This document shows positions 46,710-56,073 of a DNA stretch of 64,000 nucleotides, one piece after another (positions within the stretch are counted from its first letter, which is position 1; every line of letters begins with the position of its first letter). A program made the translations under genes and the position numbers. The stretch spans positions 29,821 through 93,820 of the forward strand of contig JBBABZ010000001.1 in assembly GCA_041657385.1 (NCBI GenBank). Direction: 5' to 3'. The notes beneath the pieces were generated by a model that did no database searches, was not told the origin of the DNA, and saw only the letters and a list, made by a program, of their open reading frames with translations. The DNA is from Minisyncoccota bacterium (lineage in GTDB: Bacteria > Patescibacteriota > Minisyncoccia > Minisyncoccales > JAQTVQ01).

Positions 46710-47692
46710 TTTATTTTTAGATGGTCATATGCCAGCTTAGTGGCGACGCGGCCCTGGGTTGTCCTTTCGACCAGCCCTAATTGCATTAAATAAGGCTCGT
46801 AGAGATTTAAAATAGTATCTTCTTCTTCTGCCGAGGCCGCGGCCAATGATTTTATCCCTACCGGCCCCCCTTGGAATTTATTGATCAGAATTTCTAAAAG
46901 CCTTCGATCGGACGGTCCCAACCCGATCTCGTCGATCTCTAAAAATCCCAGAGAGCTTTTGACGATTTCTTTAGTGACGATCCCTTGTCCTTCCACTTCG
47001 GCAAAATCGCGGACGCGTTTTAACAAGTTATTGGCTATGCGGGGAGTGAAACGGGAACTGCGGGCTAAAATATACAAAGCGTCAGATTCGATCTTTACCT
47101 TGAGAATGTCGGCTGATCTTTGTAATATTTTTTCCAGCTCCGTCTGCCCGTAAAAATTCAATTGATAAACTCCGCCAAAGCGGCTGCGAAGAGGAGGGGA
47201 GATGAGCCCCACTCTGGTGGTGGCTCCGATCAAGGTGAATTTCGGCAAATTAAGCTCAAGCGTTTTAGCCATCGGGCCCTTGCCAAGAACGATGTTCATT
47301 CTAAAATCTTCAATGGCCGGGTAGAGATATTCTTCAACGGTTTTGCAGATGCGGTGGATCTCATCAATAAATAAAACATCCCCTTCGGAAAGGTTGGTTA
47401 AAAGGGCGGCCAAGTCTCCGATTTTTTCGATGGCTGGACCGGAGGTTGTCTTTATGTTAGAATCTAGCTCCTTAGCAATAAGATAAGCTAGGCTGGTTTT
47501 TCCTAAGCCCGCATTGCCGTAAAAAAGCAGGTGGTCGGGCGGTTCTTTTCGTTTCTTCGCCGCGTCGATCATCACCTTAACATTCTTTTTTATTTTCTCC
47601 TGGCCAATATAATCATTCCAAGCTTGAGGCCTTAAAGTTGAATCTATTTTTTCGTCCACTTCTTCGATTGAGAGTTTTTTCTTGACAGACAT
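46676..47692 (-). CDS. ruvB: Holliday junction branch-migration ATPase RuvB
   Basis: LLFYGNAGLGKTSLA Walker A, DEIHR, and a C-terminal winged helix. Confidence 0.9.
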   Translation of the reverse strand: MSVKKKLSIEEVDEKIDSTLRPQAWNDYIGQEKIKKNVKVMIDAAKKRKEPPDHLLFYGNAGLGKTSLAYLIAKELDSNIKTTSGPAIEKIGDLAALLTNLSEGDVLFIDEIHRICKTVEEYLYPAIEDFRMNIVLGKGPMAKTLELNLPKFTLIGATTRVGLISPPLRSRFGGVYQLNFYGQTELEKILQRSADILKVKIESDALYILARSSRFTPRIANNLLKRVRDFAEVEGQGIVTKEIVKSSLGFLEIDEIGLGPSDRRLLEILINKFQGGPVGIKSLAAASAEEEDTILNLYEPYLMQLGLVERTTQGRVATKLAYDHLKIKWQQDQQFYLI

Positions 47693-47724
47693 TTTGAATT
47701 GTGTTATATTGGGAAAACAAAAAC

Positions 47725-47850
47725 AACTTCTAGACTGGGGGTAGGGATTTCTTCTGATTTGGACAATCTGGATTCGTCTGGGCTGCTCCTCAAAGAAATT
47801 CTGCGCCTTAGTAAGCCTATACTAAAGTCCCCCAGTCCAGGGGTTGTTTT
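47725..47850 (+). ncRNA. Candidate structured small RNA of unknown family
   Basis: In a 170-bp intergenic gap, GACTGGGGG (47732-47740) pairs with CCCCCAGTC (47830-47838) to enclose about 90 nt with internal hairpins. It is followed by CAGGGGTTGTTTTTTT (47839-47854). Confidence 0.3.
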
Positions 47851-47862
47851 TTTATATAAAAA

Positions 47863-49158
47863 CTAACCGACCGCTTTTTCTATCTCTTCGATAGTGGTTG
47901 ATCCTTCTAAGACCTTTAAAAATCCGTCTGTTTTCATCGGGATCATCCCTTTTTCTTTAGCTTTTTTGGCTAGCTCAGAGATAGTGGGGTTAATGGCTAT
48001 GAAGTTTTCCAGCTCGCTATCCATTTTAATAGCTTCGTATATGCCGATCCGGCCCTTGTATCCGGTAGAATTACAGTATTCGCAGCCCTTTGGTTCATAA
48101 ACAACAAGGTCTTCTGTTTTTGGATAGTTTTTAAGGACCTCTGCTGGAGCGTCTTTCAGAAATTCTTCCACCTTTTTAATTTCTTCCGGAGCGGCCGGCC
48201 GAGGCTCTGCGCATTTTTTGCAAATTTTTCTAACCAGTCTTTGGGCAATGATCAAATTGATAGCCGGCCCAATGTTGTAAGCCTTTACTTCCATGCTGGT
48301 CAAACGGGAGATAGTGCCGGCGGCATTGTTCGTGTGTAGAGTGCTGAAAACCAAATGTCCGGTCAAGGAAGCTTGAAGGGATATCTCGGCAGTCTCCAAA
48401 TCTCTTATTTCTCCGACCAGTATGACGTCGGGGTCCTGCCTCACGATCGATTTCAGGCCGGAAGCGAAGTCATAGCCTTTTTCCGGAGCTACCTGCGTTT
48501 GGGAAATATCGTCTAAATGGTATTCGATCGGATCTTCAATGGTAATGATCTTAATTTCAGGATCCCTTATCTTTTTTAAAAAGGCGTAAAGGGTGGTTGT
48601 TTTTCCTGATCCTGTCGGTCCGGTAACGATGATCATTCCGTTGGGTTTTTTGATCTCTTTAGTAAATATCTCATAAAGATCGTTTCTTAACCCAAGGTCT
48701 TCCAAACTGATCAAACTTTTCGGATTTAAAATTCTTAAGACAGCCGTTTCGCCGTATTGAGTGGGGAGGGTTGAGGATCTTATCTCTATCTCAAGGTCGG
48801 GCAGAGAGATCGAGAACCGTCCATCTTGAGGTTTGTCTTCAATGTTGAGCTTGAGCCCGGATAAGAGCTTGATCCTTGAAGTCAATAAAGCCTGTTTTTC
48901 AGGTTCGAAAATTATAACATCATGCAGGCAGCCGTCTAATCTGACCCTTAATTTGGCTTGTTTCTCTTGGGCTTCCAAATGCAAGTCGGAGCAGCCGAGA
49001 GAGATGGCCCCGGCTAAAATAGTTTTCAGGATAGAAGAAGTATCTTTTTCCAGCGATGCGTTAATAGATCCTTGGAAATCAGTTAAATTTTTGACTTCAA
49101 TGTCCACTTGGTCCAAGAGGTCTTTTTCGATTTGAATTTTTCCGCTGATTTGCTGCAT
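47863..49158 (-). CDS. Type II/IV secretion-system ATPase (PilB/GspE family), short form lacking the N-terminal domain
   Basis: Walker A TGPTGSGKTT, the VGEIRD Asp box, and a C-terminal zinc-binding CEYC...C. Confidence 0.8.
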   Translation of the reverse strand: MQQISGKIQIEKDLLDQVDIEVKNLTDFQGSINASLEKDTSSILKTILAGAISLGCSDLHLEAQEKQAKLRVRLDGCLHDVIIFEPEKQALLTSRIKLLSGLKLNIEDKPQDGRFSISLPDLEIEIRSSTLPTQYGETAVLRILNPKSLISLEDLGLRNDLYEIFTKEIKKPNGMIIVTGPTGSGKTTTLYAFLKKIRDPEIKIITIEDPIEYHLDDISQTQVAPEKGYDFASGLKSIVRQDPDVILVGEIRDLETAEISLQASLTGHLVFSTLHTNNAAGTISRLTSMEVKAYNIGPAINLIIAQRLVRKICKKCAEPRPAAPEEIKKVEEFLKDAPAEVLKNYPKTEDLVVYEPKGCEYCNSTGYKGRIGIYEAIKMDSELENFIAINPTISELAKKAKEKGMIPMKTDGFLKVLEGSTTIEEIEKAVG

Positions 49159-49195
49159 GTGATTAATTTACCACAGATGAAGCCGGCGGCCTAGC

Positions 49196-50323
49196 TTATT
49201 GGCGGCCGATAGCGTTCAGCGCTTCTTTTTTAGCTGACGCCAGATCTGATTGCCGGGACAAAAAGACAAGGCCCGTTCCCTTTTTCCTCCCTTCGAAATA
49301 TTGATTCATTTTTTCAACGTATTCCTCTTTGTCCGAGTAAAAAATACCCATGATCTTATTTGATCCGTTTTTAGCTTCCGCTTTCCATAGGAGCAGAAAA
49401 GACGGGAGGAAAAGCCGTGTCTTGATCTTGGAGATAACAAACCCAAGATCTTTTGGCGACGCTCCGGCCGATTCAAAATCTTTTTCAGCCAAAGCGGAAC
49501 AGTAAAAACCGGCATCGCCGCAAAATTCTATTTTTTTAAAAGTTTCAGCTAAAAGGTTTTGCTTGGGAGCCTCTTTTTCCTCGTCCGCCCACAAAGAAAA
49601 ATCTGCTCCATTTTTTGCGAGCCAGCTTAAAAACAATATCGATCCTTGCCGGCTGGCTTGTTTTGAGCCCTTTAAGAAAGATGCAAATCCATATAAAAGT
49701 GCATTAGAAACATCTTTATCGACGAGGCTGCTGCCGAAATTTTTTAAAAAATGGGCGCAAGACTGAGAGAGGGTGGAGTTTTTTTCCACCAAGTTAAAAT
49801 CAGCGTATTTTTGGTTAAGGTCGCGGTTGTCGATGTTGATAATTTTTATTTGAGGAAGATATTGATCCGGATTTTTTTCGATCGTTTTTTCAATAGTCTG
49901 AAAATTTTCTATGCCCAGAGAGATTAAAAGGTCAGCCGGTTTTTTTTCTTGGTTTATTTCTGAAAAGCCATCGATATCGCGGCTGGTGATGGCCCCGAAA
50001 GAGAAGTCTTCCAGCTTGATACTTTCTTTTTTTGATTTTATATACAGCTTAACTTCGCCGTCTTTTTTTTCATAATAAATTTCGGAAACATTTTTTTTTA
50101 ACGATATCAAAAAAGTTTTTTGCTCTTCTTTCCTTGCGAGAAGGGCGATCGGTTCGGGAATATTTCGCAGAGAGGGGATGTTTACAATTTTATTAATATT
50201 TTTTAAACTAAAAAAAAGAGCCAAGGCGGCGCCGGCGGCGTCCTGGCTAGGATCATCATGAGTAAGGATGGCTATTCTATTGGCGCCATAAATGGCCTCT
50301 TTTATCTTTTTAAAATCATCCAT
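49196..50323 (-). CDS. Hypothetical protein, possibly a degenerate DHH/NrnA-like phosphoesterase
   Basis: Only weak resemblance (IAILTHDDPSQDAAGAALAL) to DHH motif I/II. No DHH triad was found. Confidence 0.3.
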   Translation of the reverse strand: MDDFKKIKEAIYGANRIAILTHDDPSQDAAGAALALFFSLKNINKIVNIPSLRNIPEPIALLARKEEQKTFLISLKKNVSEIYYEKKDGEVKLYIKSKKESIKLEDFSFGAITSRDIDGFSEINQEKKPADLLISLGIENFQTIEKTIEKNPDQYLPQIKIINIDNRDLNQKYADFNLVEKNSTLSQSCAHFLKNFGSSLVDKDVSNALLYGFASFLKGSKQASRQGSILFLSWLAKNGADFSLWADEEKEAPKQNLLAETFKKIEFCGDAGFYCSALAEKDFESAGASPKDLGFVISKIKTRLFLPSFLLLWKAEAKNGSNKIMGIFYSDKEEYVEKMNQYFEGRKKGTGLVFLSRQSDLASAKKEALNAIGRQ

Positions 50324-50364
50324 AAACTTAATCCAAACTACTTCATTCCTGCTTAAAAGTCAAT

Positions 50365-50892
50365 TTGGGAAATGAGTCTGACTCTGCAGAAAAATTGATG
50401 GAAATACAAACGACCGGGTATAAAAAAACTCAAGAACTTGGCAATATTTTTGCCCAGGAAATTTTAAGGAAGGGGCCGCAGGAAAAAGCGGTCGTTCTAG
50501 CATTATCTGGCGACCTGGGAGGAGGGAAAACCACTTTTTCCCAGGGTTTTGCGAAGGGGCTGGGAGTCAAAAATAGAATAACAAGCCCCACCTTTACGAT
50601 TTTTAAAAGGTTTAAGATCAGTTTGGTCCGCGGCAGGGTTCCTCAAAAAATAGATTTTGAAAGTTTTTATCATTTCGATTGTTATCGGCTTTTGGGGCCG
50701 AAAGATATTTTAGAGTTGGGATTTAAGGAGATTGTTTCATCCCCTAAAAATATTATTTTACTGGAATGGGCGGAAAGAGTTAAGAAGGTATTGCCGAAAG
50801 AAACCATCTGGCTGAATTTTGACTTTGTGAGCCCGAACAAAAGGAAGATCGTGTTAAGCGAAAAGCGCAAAGCGAAAAGCGCAAAACAATAG
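50365..50892 (+). CDS. tsaE: tRNA threonylcarbamoyladenosine biosynthesis protein TsaE
   Basis: LSGDLGGGKTTFSQG P-loop, SPTFTI, and HFDCYRL. Confidence 0.75.
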   Translation: MGNESDSAEKLMEIQTTGYKKTQELGNIFAQEILRKGPQEKAVVLALSGDLGGGKTTFSQGFAKGLGVKNRITSPTFTIFKRFKISLVRGRVPQKIDFESFYHFDCYRLLGPKDILELGFKEIVSSPKNIILLEWAERVKKVLPKETIWLNFDFVSPNKRKIVLSEKRKAKSAKQ

Positions 50893-50975
50893 CGCCTGCC
50901 TGCCGGTAGGCAGGTAAAGTTTAAAATATCCGTTTGTTGCTTTACGCTTTTCGCTTTTAGCTTTACGCTTAACAA
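50857..50975. repeat. Intergenic palindromic element (GCGAAAAG-unit arms) with a central GC palindrome CCTGCCTGCCGGTAGGCAGG (50895-50914)
   Basis: gcgaaaagcgcaaagcgaaaagcgcaaaacaatagcg - palindrome - taaagtttaaaatatccgtttgttgctttacgcttttcgcttttagctttacgctt. The left arm encodes the C-terminal tail of TsaE. Confidence 0.8.
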
Positions 50976-50978
50976 GTT

Positions 50979-51938
50979 ATGATTGCCGATAAAAAAACAT
51001 TAGTCATTTTTGACAGCAACGCTATCATCCATCGCGCCTATCACGCCTTGCCTCCGCTGACAAATAAATCGGGGGAGCAGACGGGAGCGGCTTATGGATT
51101 TTTGCTTGCTTTTTTCAAAACCCTTAACGATTTCAACCCAAGTTATCTGGCTGCTTGTTTCGATTTTCCCGCGCCTAGCTTTAGGAGGGAAATATCAAAA
51201 GACTATAAGGCCAACCGGCCAAAGGCCGATCCGGAGCTTTACGCGCAGATACCCCTTGTTAAAAAAATATTAACCGCTCTTGGGGTAAAAGTTTTTGAAA
51301 AACAAGGGTTCGAGGCTGATGATCTGATCGGCACGATCGCTCGCGCTTCTTCAGCCGGATCCGGCTCCCATATTGAAAGTATTATTTTGAGCGGAGATCA
51401 TGATGTTTTGCAATTAATTGACAGCCATACGTCGGTTTGCCTATTGAGAAAAGGGGTTAAAGACACAGCGCTTTTTGATGCTAAGGCTGTTATAGAGAAA
51501 TACGGGATAGAGCCTATTCAGCTTATTGACTATAAGGCCTTGAGAGGTGATCCGACAGATAATATTTCCGGGATAAAAGGCATCGGCCCAAAAACCGCCA
51601 CAGAACTATTGCAAAAATTTCAAAATTTGGACCGGGTCTACCAGGAAATCGAGGAAGGATTGAAGGGGGGAAAGATAAGCCTAAAAATGAGAGAGATGCT
51701 TTTATCCCAAAAAGGGGAGTGTTTGACAAGCCGCGTTCTCGGGAAGATCGTGACCGATGTCCCGATCGGTTTTGATCTTGAAGATTGCCAATGGCATGAT
51801 TTAGATAAGGAAAAAATAGCAAAAACATTAGAAAATTTTGAATTTTTCAGTTTGGCCAAGAGGATCAGGGTCGGGGACAAAATTGAAAAGCCGAAAGACC
51901 CGCCCCCTAGTTTTAAAAAAAATTTGAAATTGTGGTAA
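50979..51938 (+). CDS. 5'-3' exonuclease (FEN-like, PolA N-terminal domain homologue)
   Basis: LVIFDSNAIIHRAYHAL, FDFPAPSFRRE, ILSGDHDVLQL and the H3TH GIKGIGPKTA. Confidence 0.8.
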   Translation: MIADKKTLVIFDSNAIIHRAYHALPPLTNKSGEQTGAAYGFLLAFFKTLNDFNPSYLAACFDFPAPSFRREISKDYKANRPKADPELYAQIPLVKKILTALGVKVFEKQGFEADDLIGTIARASSAGSGSHIESIILSGDHDVLQLIDSHTSVCLLRKGVKDTALFDAKAVIEKYGIEPIQLIDYKALRGDPTDNISGIKGIGPKTATELLQKFQNLDRVYQEIEEGLKGGKISLKMREMLLSQKGECLTSRVLGKIVTDVPIGFDLEDCQWHDLDKEKIAKTLENFEFFSLAKRIRVGDKIEKPKDPPPSFKKNLKLW

Positions 51939-52044
51939 GATAAAATAACCATGCCGTATGGCTAGTCCTTGCCGTCCGCTAATCGGCGAAAATCGGGATA
52001 TTTTGGCAAGCTAATAAAATTTATTTTAAGTCCATATTTTAAAA

Positions 52045-53058
52045 ATGAAATTCGGATATCTGCGTTTTAAAATAATCGGAGGGATCGTCTTTCTTTGCTC
52101 TTTGATCTTTTTCCTGGTCTTTTATCTGATAATTTTTTATCAAAAAGAGACTTTTTTTGATTTGGAAAAAATACAAGCTTACTCTTCTTCCGAGCATTTG
52201 CAATCCGTTTTTACCCAGCCGAAAGATTTCACTGACAAAACAAGGGTGCAGGAAATTATTTACAGTTTAAAATCTTCTTATCCCGATCTAGCCAAAGCTG
52301 ATATTAATTTGATGCAAAACGGCAAGATAATAACCGTTTCCTCTCTGGAATTCGGATCGATCGGCAAAGAAGCGACCCCTGAGAACTATGAGGTTTTCCG
52401 ATCTGGCACATCGGAAGAAATGGAATCTGCCGCACCTGTTTTTAGCGGCTCAAAGAGTTTTTTTAAAATTATCACTCCTATTATGTTTTCTGGCGTCAGC
52501 TACGGCACCTATGAGATATCTATATCTCTCGGGTCTTTTCAGAAGTCTTTTAACATTGTCCAGGAAAAAACATTGCAAATCATGACATTGGGGCTGGTTC
52601 TTCTGGCATTGCTTCTATTTCTTCTTTTGGAGTATCTAGTTTTGAGGCCGATAAAAAAGTTGGAAAAAGGGATAGGCTTTTTTTCCAAAGGGAAATTCGA
52701 TTATAAGATCGAAGAAAAAGGATCAGATGAATTCGGCCGGCTGGCGAAGGGGCTCAATGAAATGTCAAAAGAGCTTTATAGGTCTTATGATTCTTTAGAG
52801 GACGCCATTGAACAAAGGACCAAAGAATTAGAGGAGGCTCGCACAGTATTAGAGATCAAAGTGGGAGCCAGGACCAGACAGCTTCAAGAGGTCAACGAAA
52901 CCTTGGAAAAACAAGTTAAGGAAAAAACAGTTGAGCTCCAGGGCAAGATCAAAGACCTGGAAAGATTCAATAAATTGATGATCGATCGCGAGTTAAGAAT
53001 GATCGAGTTGAAAAATGAGATTAAAAAATTAACGGAAAAAGAGAGCAAAAAGAAATAA
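52045..53058 (+). CDS. Membrane sensor protein with two TM helices, a HAMP domain and a C-terminal coiled-coil signalling helix, and no kinase domain
   Basis: TM1 near the N-terminus, a periplasmic-like segment of about 150 aa, TM2, HAMP (LRPIKKLEKGIGFFSKGKFDY...FGRLAKGLNEM), then ERTKEL...RELRMIELKNEIKKL. Confidence 0.55.
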   Translation: MKFGYLRFKIIGGIVFLCSLIFFLVFYLIIFYQKETFFDLEKIQAYSSSEHLQSVFTQPKDFTDKTRVQEIIYSLKSSYPDLAKADINLMQNGKIITVSSLEFGSIGKEATPENYEVFRSGTSEEMESAAPVFSGSKSFFKIITPIMFSGVSYGTYEISISLGSFQKSFNIVQEKTLQIMTLGLVLLALLLFLLLEYLVLRPIKKLEKGIGFFSKGKFDYKIEEKGSDEFGRLAKGLNEMSKELYRSYDSLEDAIEQRTKELEEARTVLEIKVGARTRQLQEVNETLEKQVKEKTVELQGKIKDLERFNKLMIDRELRMIELKNEIKKLTEKESKKK

Positions 53059-53091
53059 AAACAACCAACAACGATAAATAGATAAAAATTC

Positions 53092-53133
53092 ATTTATTTT
53101 ACGCTTTTAGCTTTACGCTTTTAGCTTAAATGA
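53092..53133. repeat. Short copy of the CTTTACGC/GCGTAAAG repeat family
   Basis: ttacgcttttagctttacgcttttagctt lies immediately upstream of the HK gene. Confidence 0.6.
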
Positions 53134-53136
53134 GCT

Positions 53137-54333
53137 ATGGCCCTGGAGGAAGAGAAAAAAGAAATCAACCTTGGCGGAGAATCTTATCAGGAAACGGAAA
53201 ATGATTTGAGGGTGGCCCGCAGCGCCCTTTTGAATATTCTGGACGATACAGAAATGGCCAGAAGGATCGCCGTTGAGGAAAAAAATAAAACTTTGGCCAT
53301 CGTCCAGAATTTTTCCGATGCTATTTTGGTTTTTGATGAAGATAATATTCTTGAGCTGGTGAACCCCTTAGCGGAGGATTACCTCGATGAAAAAAAAGAG
53401 AACCTTATAGGCCAGAGAACGGACGAACTTTTAATCTTGCCGAAAACAAAAGGACTGATGGCTCTTTTGGAAATTTTAGAAGGGTCGCCGATCAAGCAGG
53501 TCTTTAGAAAGGAATTTATAGCCAGGCCTAATTTTTATTTAGAGGTCACATCTGTCATACTGATAATAGATTCCAAACCAAAAGGAACGCTATTGGTTCT
53601 CCACGATATTACTCGAGAGAAAAATATTGAGAAAATGAAAACTGAGTTTGTTTCGATCTCCGCCCATCAGCTCCGCACGCCGCTTTCGGCGATAAAATGG
53701 ACATTAAGGATGGTTCTCGATCAAGACGTAGGATCTATCACATTGGAACAGAGAGAGATCTTGGAAAAAAGCTATACCAGCAACGAAAGAATGATCAATT
53801 TAGTGAACGATCTTTTAAATGTTACTCGCATTGAAGAGGGCCGTTTTTTGCAGAAGCCCGAGCTGGCCCAGATAGAAGAATTGATCCAAGTAACCGTTGA
53901 CAACCTGCAAGAGGAGGCAGAAAGAAGAAAAATATCTTTAAGTTTCACTAGCGCCGGCAAGCCATTATTACCCATGGTTAAGCTTGATAAAGAAAAAATG
54001 AAAATGGCTTTAGACAATCTGATTACCAATGCCTTGAAATACAACAACAATAAAGATGGGAAAGTAGAAGTCTCCATTGGAGAGAACGAAAAAAGAGAGG
54101 CGCAAGTTGAGGTGAAAGACAATGGGTTGGGGATACCGATAAGCCAGCAATCCAGAATCTTTACCAAGTTTTTTAGAGGGGAAAACGTTGTCAGGCTGGA
54201 AGTTGACGGATCCGGCTTAGGACTTTATACGGTTAAAAATATTGTTGAGGCGCATGGAGGAAAAATTTGGTTTAAATCCGAAGAGGGAAAGGGAACCACA
54301 TTTTATCTTGTCTTGCCTCTCCCGCAGGCCTAA
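53137..54333 (+). CDS. Cytoplasmic sensor histidine kinase (coiled coil, PAS, HisKA, HATPase_c)
   Basis: H-box SISAHQLRTPLSAI, N-box NLITNALKY, and G-boxes DNGLGIP / GSGLGLYTVKNIVEAHGGKIW. No TM segment. Confidence 0.8.
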   Translation: MALEEEKKEINLGGESYQETENDLRVARSALLNILDDTEMARRIAVEEKNKTLAIVQNFSDAILVFDEDNILELVNPLAEDYLDEKKENLIGQRTDELLILPKTKGLMALLEILEGSPIKQVFRKEFIARPNFYLEVTSVILIIDSKPKGTLLVLHDITREKNIEKMKTEFVSISAHQLRTPLSAIKWTLRMVLDQDVGSITLEQREILEKSYTSNERMINLVNDLLNVTRIEEGRFLQKPELAQIEELIQVTVDNLQEEAERRKISLSFTSAGKPLLPMVKLDKEKMKMALDNLITNALKYNNNKDGKVEVSIGENEKREAQVEVKDNGLGIPISQQSRIFTKFFRGENVVRLEVDGSGLGLYTVKNIVEAHGGKIWFKSEEGKGTTFYLVLPLPQA

Positions 54334-54401
54334 GTATGTGGACAAACTATTTACTTCCAGCGAAAAAATAAGTAAAATATATTATATCTTAGTGAAATTT
54401 T

Positions 54402-54773
54402 ATGGCTAAAAAGATTTTGATCATCGAAGACGAGGAAATAATGCTGAATTTGCTTGAGAAAAAACTTAAGACAGCTGGTTACGACGTCGTAACGGCGGAA
54501 AACGGCCAAGAGGGTTTAGATATATTAAAAAGCCAATCTTTTGATTTGGTTTTATCGGATATCATAATGCCGAGATTGGGAGGGCTTGAAGTAATGGAAA
54601 AAATGAGCCAAGATCCGGAGCTTAAAAAAATTCCCATAATTGTTATCTCTAATTCCGGCCAGCCGGTAGAAATAGACCAAGCTAAAAGATTTGGAGCCAA
54701 AGATTGGCTGGTTAAGACCGAATTCGACCCTCAAGAGGTCATAGCCAAAGTCAAAAAATTGTTTGGAGAATAA
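54402..54773 (+). CDS. Single-domain response regulator (receiver only)
   Basis: ILIIEDEE ... DLVLSDIIMP ... the Lys region (KDWLVK). 123 aa with no output domain. Confidence 0.8.
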   Translation: MAKKILIIEDEEIMLNLLEKKLKTAGYDVVTAENGQEGLDILKSQSFDLVLSDIIMPRLGGLEVMEKMSQDPELKKIPIIVISNSGQPVEIDQAKRFGAKDWLVKTEFDPQEVIAKVKKLFGE

Positions 54774-54826
54774 ATCTTGGCGGGGGGCCGGACCGAAGCC
54801 ATAATTAATTTAGCTAAAAATAAAGT

Positions 54827-55195
54827 ATGTCTCATAAAATTTTGTTAGTAGAAGACGACCGTTTTTTGAGAGAGCTAATGAGCCAGAAGATTTTAAAAAT
54901 GGGCAATGATTTGGTTGTTGCTGTTGATGGAGAAGAAGGAGTGAGCAAAACAAAAGAAGAAAAACCGGAGATAGTTTTATTAGACTTAATGTTGCCGGGC
55001 ATTGATGGTTTTGGCGTTCTAAGCCAGATCAAAGCCGACCCGGAAACAGCCGGAATACCGGTAATAATCCTCTCCAACCTTGGACAAAAAGAAGATATAG
55101 ATAGGGCTCTTAAGCTTGGCGCAGTCGATTTTCTGGTTAAGGCTCACTTCACACCGCAAGAGATCATCGACAAGATAGAACAATATTTAAAATAG
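54827..55195 (+). CDS. Single-domain response regulator (receiver only)
   Basis: ILLVEDDRFLREL ... IVLLDLMLPGIDG ... VDFLVKAHF. 122 aa. Confidence 0.8.
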   Translation: MSHKILLVEDDRFLRELMSQKILKMGNDLVVAVDGEEGVSKTKEEKPEIVLLDLMLPGIDGFGVLSQIKADPETAGIPVIILSNLGQKEDIDRALKLGAVDFLVKAHFTPQEIIDKIEQYLK

Positions 55196-55197
55196 CA

Positions 55198-56073
55198 ATG
55201 CCCGAGCTTCCTGAAGTGGAAACAATAGTCAAGGGTTTGAGATCAAAGGTCCTTCAAAGGACCTTTATTGATCTTTGGACGGACGCGGAAAAATTAATAA
55301 AATTTCCTAAAGATTTTAGTAAATTTAAAAAATCGGCTATCGGGCTGAAGATCGAAAATGTCAGCCGCCGCGGAAAGAATATTATTTTTGATCTATCGGA
55401 AGGAAAAATTCTTTTGATCCATCAAAAAATGACAGGACATTTATTATTGGGAAAATGGGAAAAAGCGGGATTAGGCTGGAGGGCTGCGGTTTTTGGGCCG
55501 ATAGCCGATGATCCGATGAACAGATTTTTGCATTTGATCTTTATGCTGGACAACGGCCAGATGCTTGCCTTGTCCGATGTGCGTAAATTTGCCAAAGTAG
55601 AATTGCGCGAGGCTAAAGATTTTTACTCTTCGAAATATTTTAATGACCTTGGCCCGGAGCCGCTGGACCGAAAATTTTCTTTGGAAATTTTCAAAATCAG
55701 GATTCAAGGGAAGACAGGGAAGATCAAGCAGATCCTTATGGATCAAAGCGTGATAGCGGGAATAGGCAATATCTATGCCGATGAGATCCTGTGGCAGGCA
55801 AAGATAAGTCCTTTCAGGCCCGCGAACAAGATTTCCGATCAAGAGATGGAATTAATTTATTCAGCGATGAAAGAAATTTTAAAAAAAGCCATTAAAGCCA
55901 AGGGGTCCAGCATGTCCGATTACCGAACGCTTTCAGGGGAAAAAGGAAAATTCCAATTGATGAGAAAGGTTTATCGCCGTACCGGAGAGGAATGCCCGGC
56001 GTGCAAAGGGAAAATAAAAAGAGAAGTAATAGGAGGCCGGTCAGCTCATTTCTGTCCTGTATGCCAGAAGTAA
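55198..56073 (+). CDS. mutM: Formamidopyrimidine-DNA glycosylase
   Basis: MPELPEVETI N-terminus, H2TH region, and a C-terminal zinc finger CPACKGKI...C. Confidence 0.85.
   Translation: MPELPEVETIVKGLRSKVLQRTFIDLWTDAEKLIKFPKDFSKFKKSAIGLKIENVSRRGKNIIFDLSEGKILLIHQKMTGHLLLGKWEKAGLGWRAAVFGPIADDPMNRFLHLIFMLDNGQMLALSDVRKFAKVELREAKDFYSSKYFNDLGPEPLDRKFSLEIFKIRIQGKTGKIKQILMDQSVIAGIGNIYADEILWQAKISPFRPANKISDQEMELIYSAMKEILKKAIKAKGSSMSDYRTLSGEKGKFQLMRKVYRRTGEECPACKGKIKREVIGGRSAHFCPVCQK

Noticed and set aside
47725-47855. Assignment of the candidate sRNA to SRP RNA
   Set aside because: Only a vague resemblance (reverse-complement ggctgctcc versus the SRP helix-8 strand). No GNRA-capped helix 8 recognised. 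This needs a covariance-model search.
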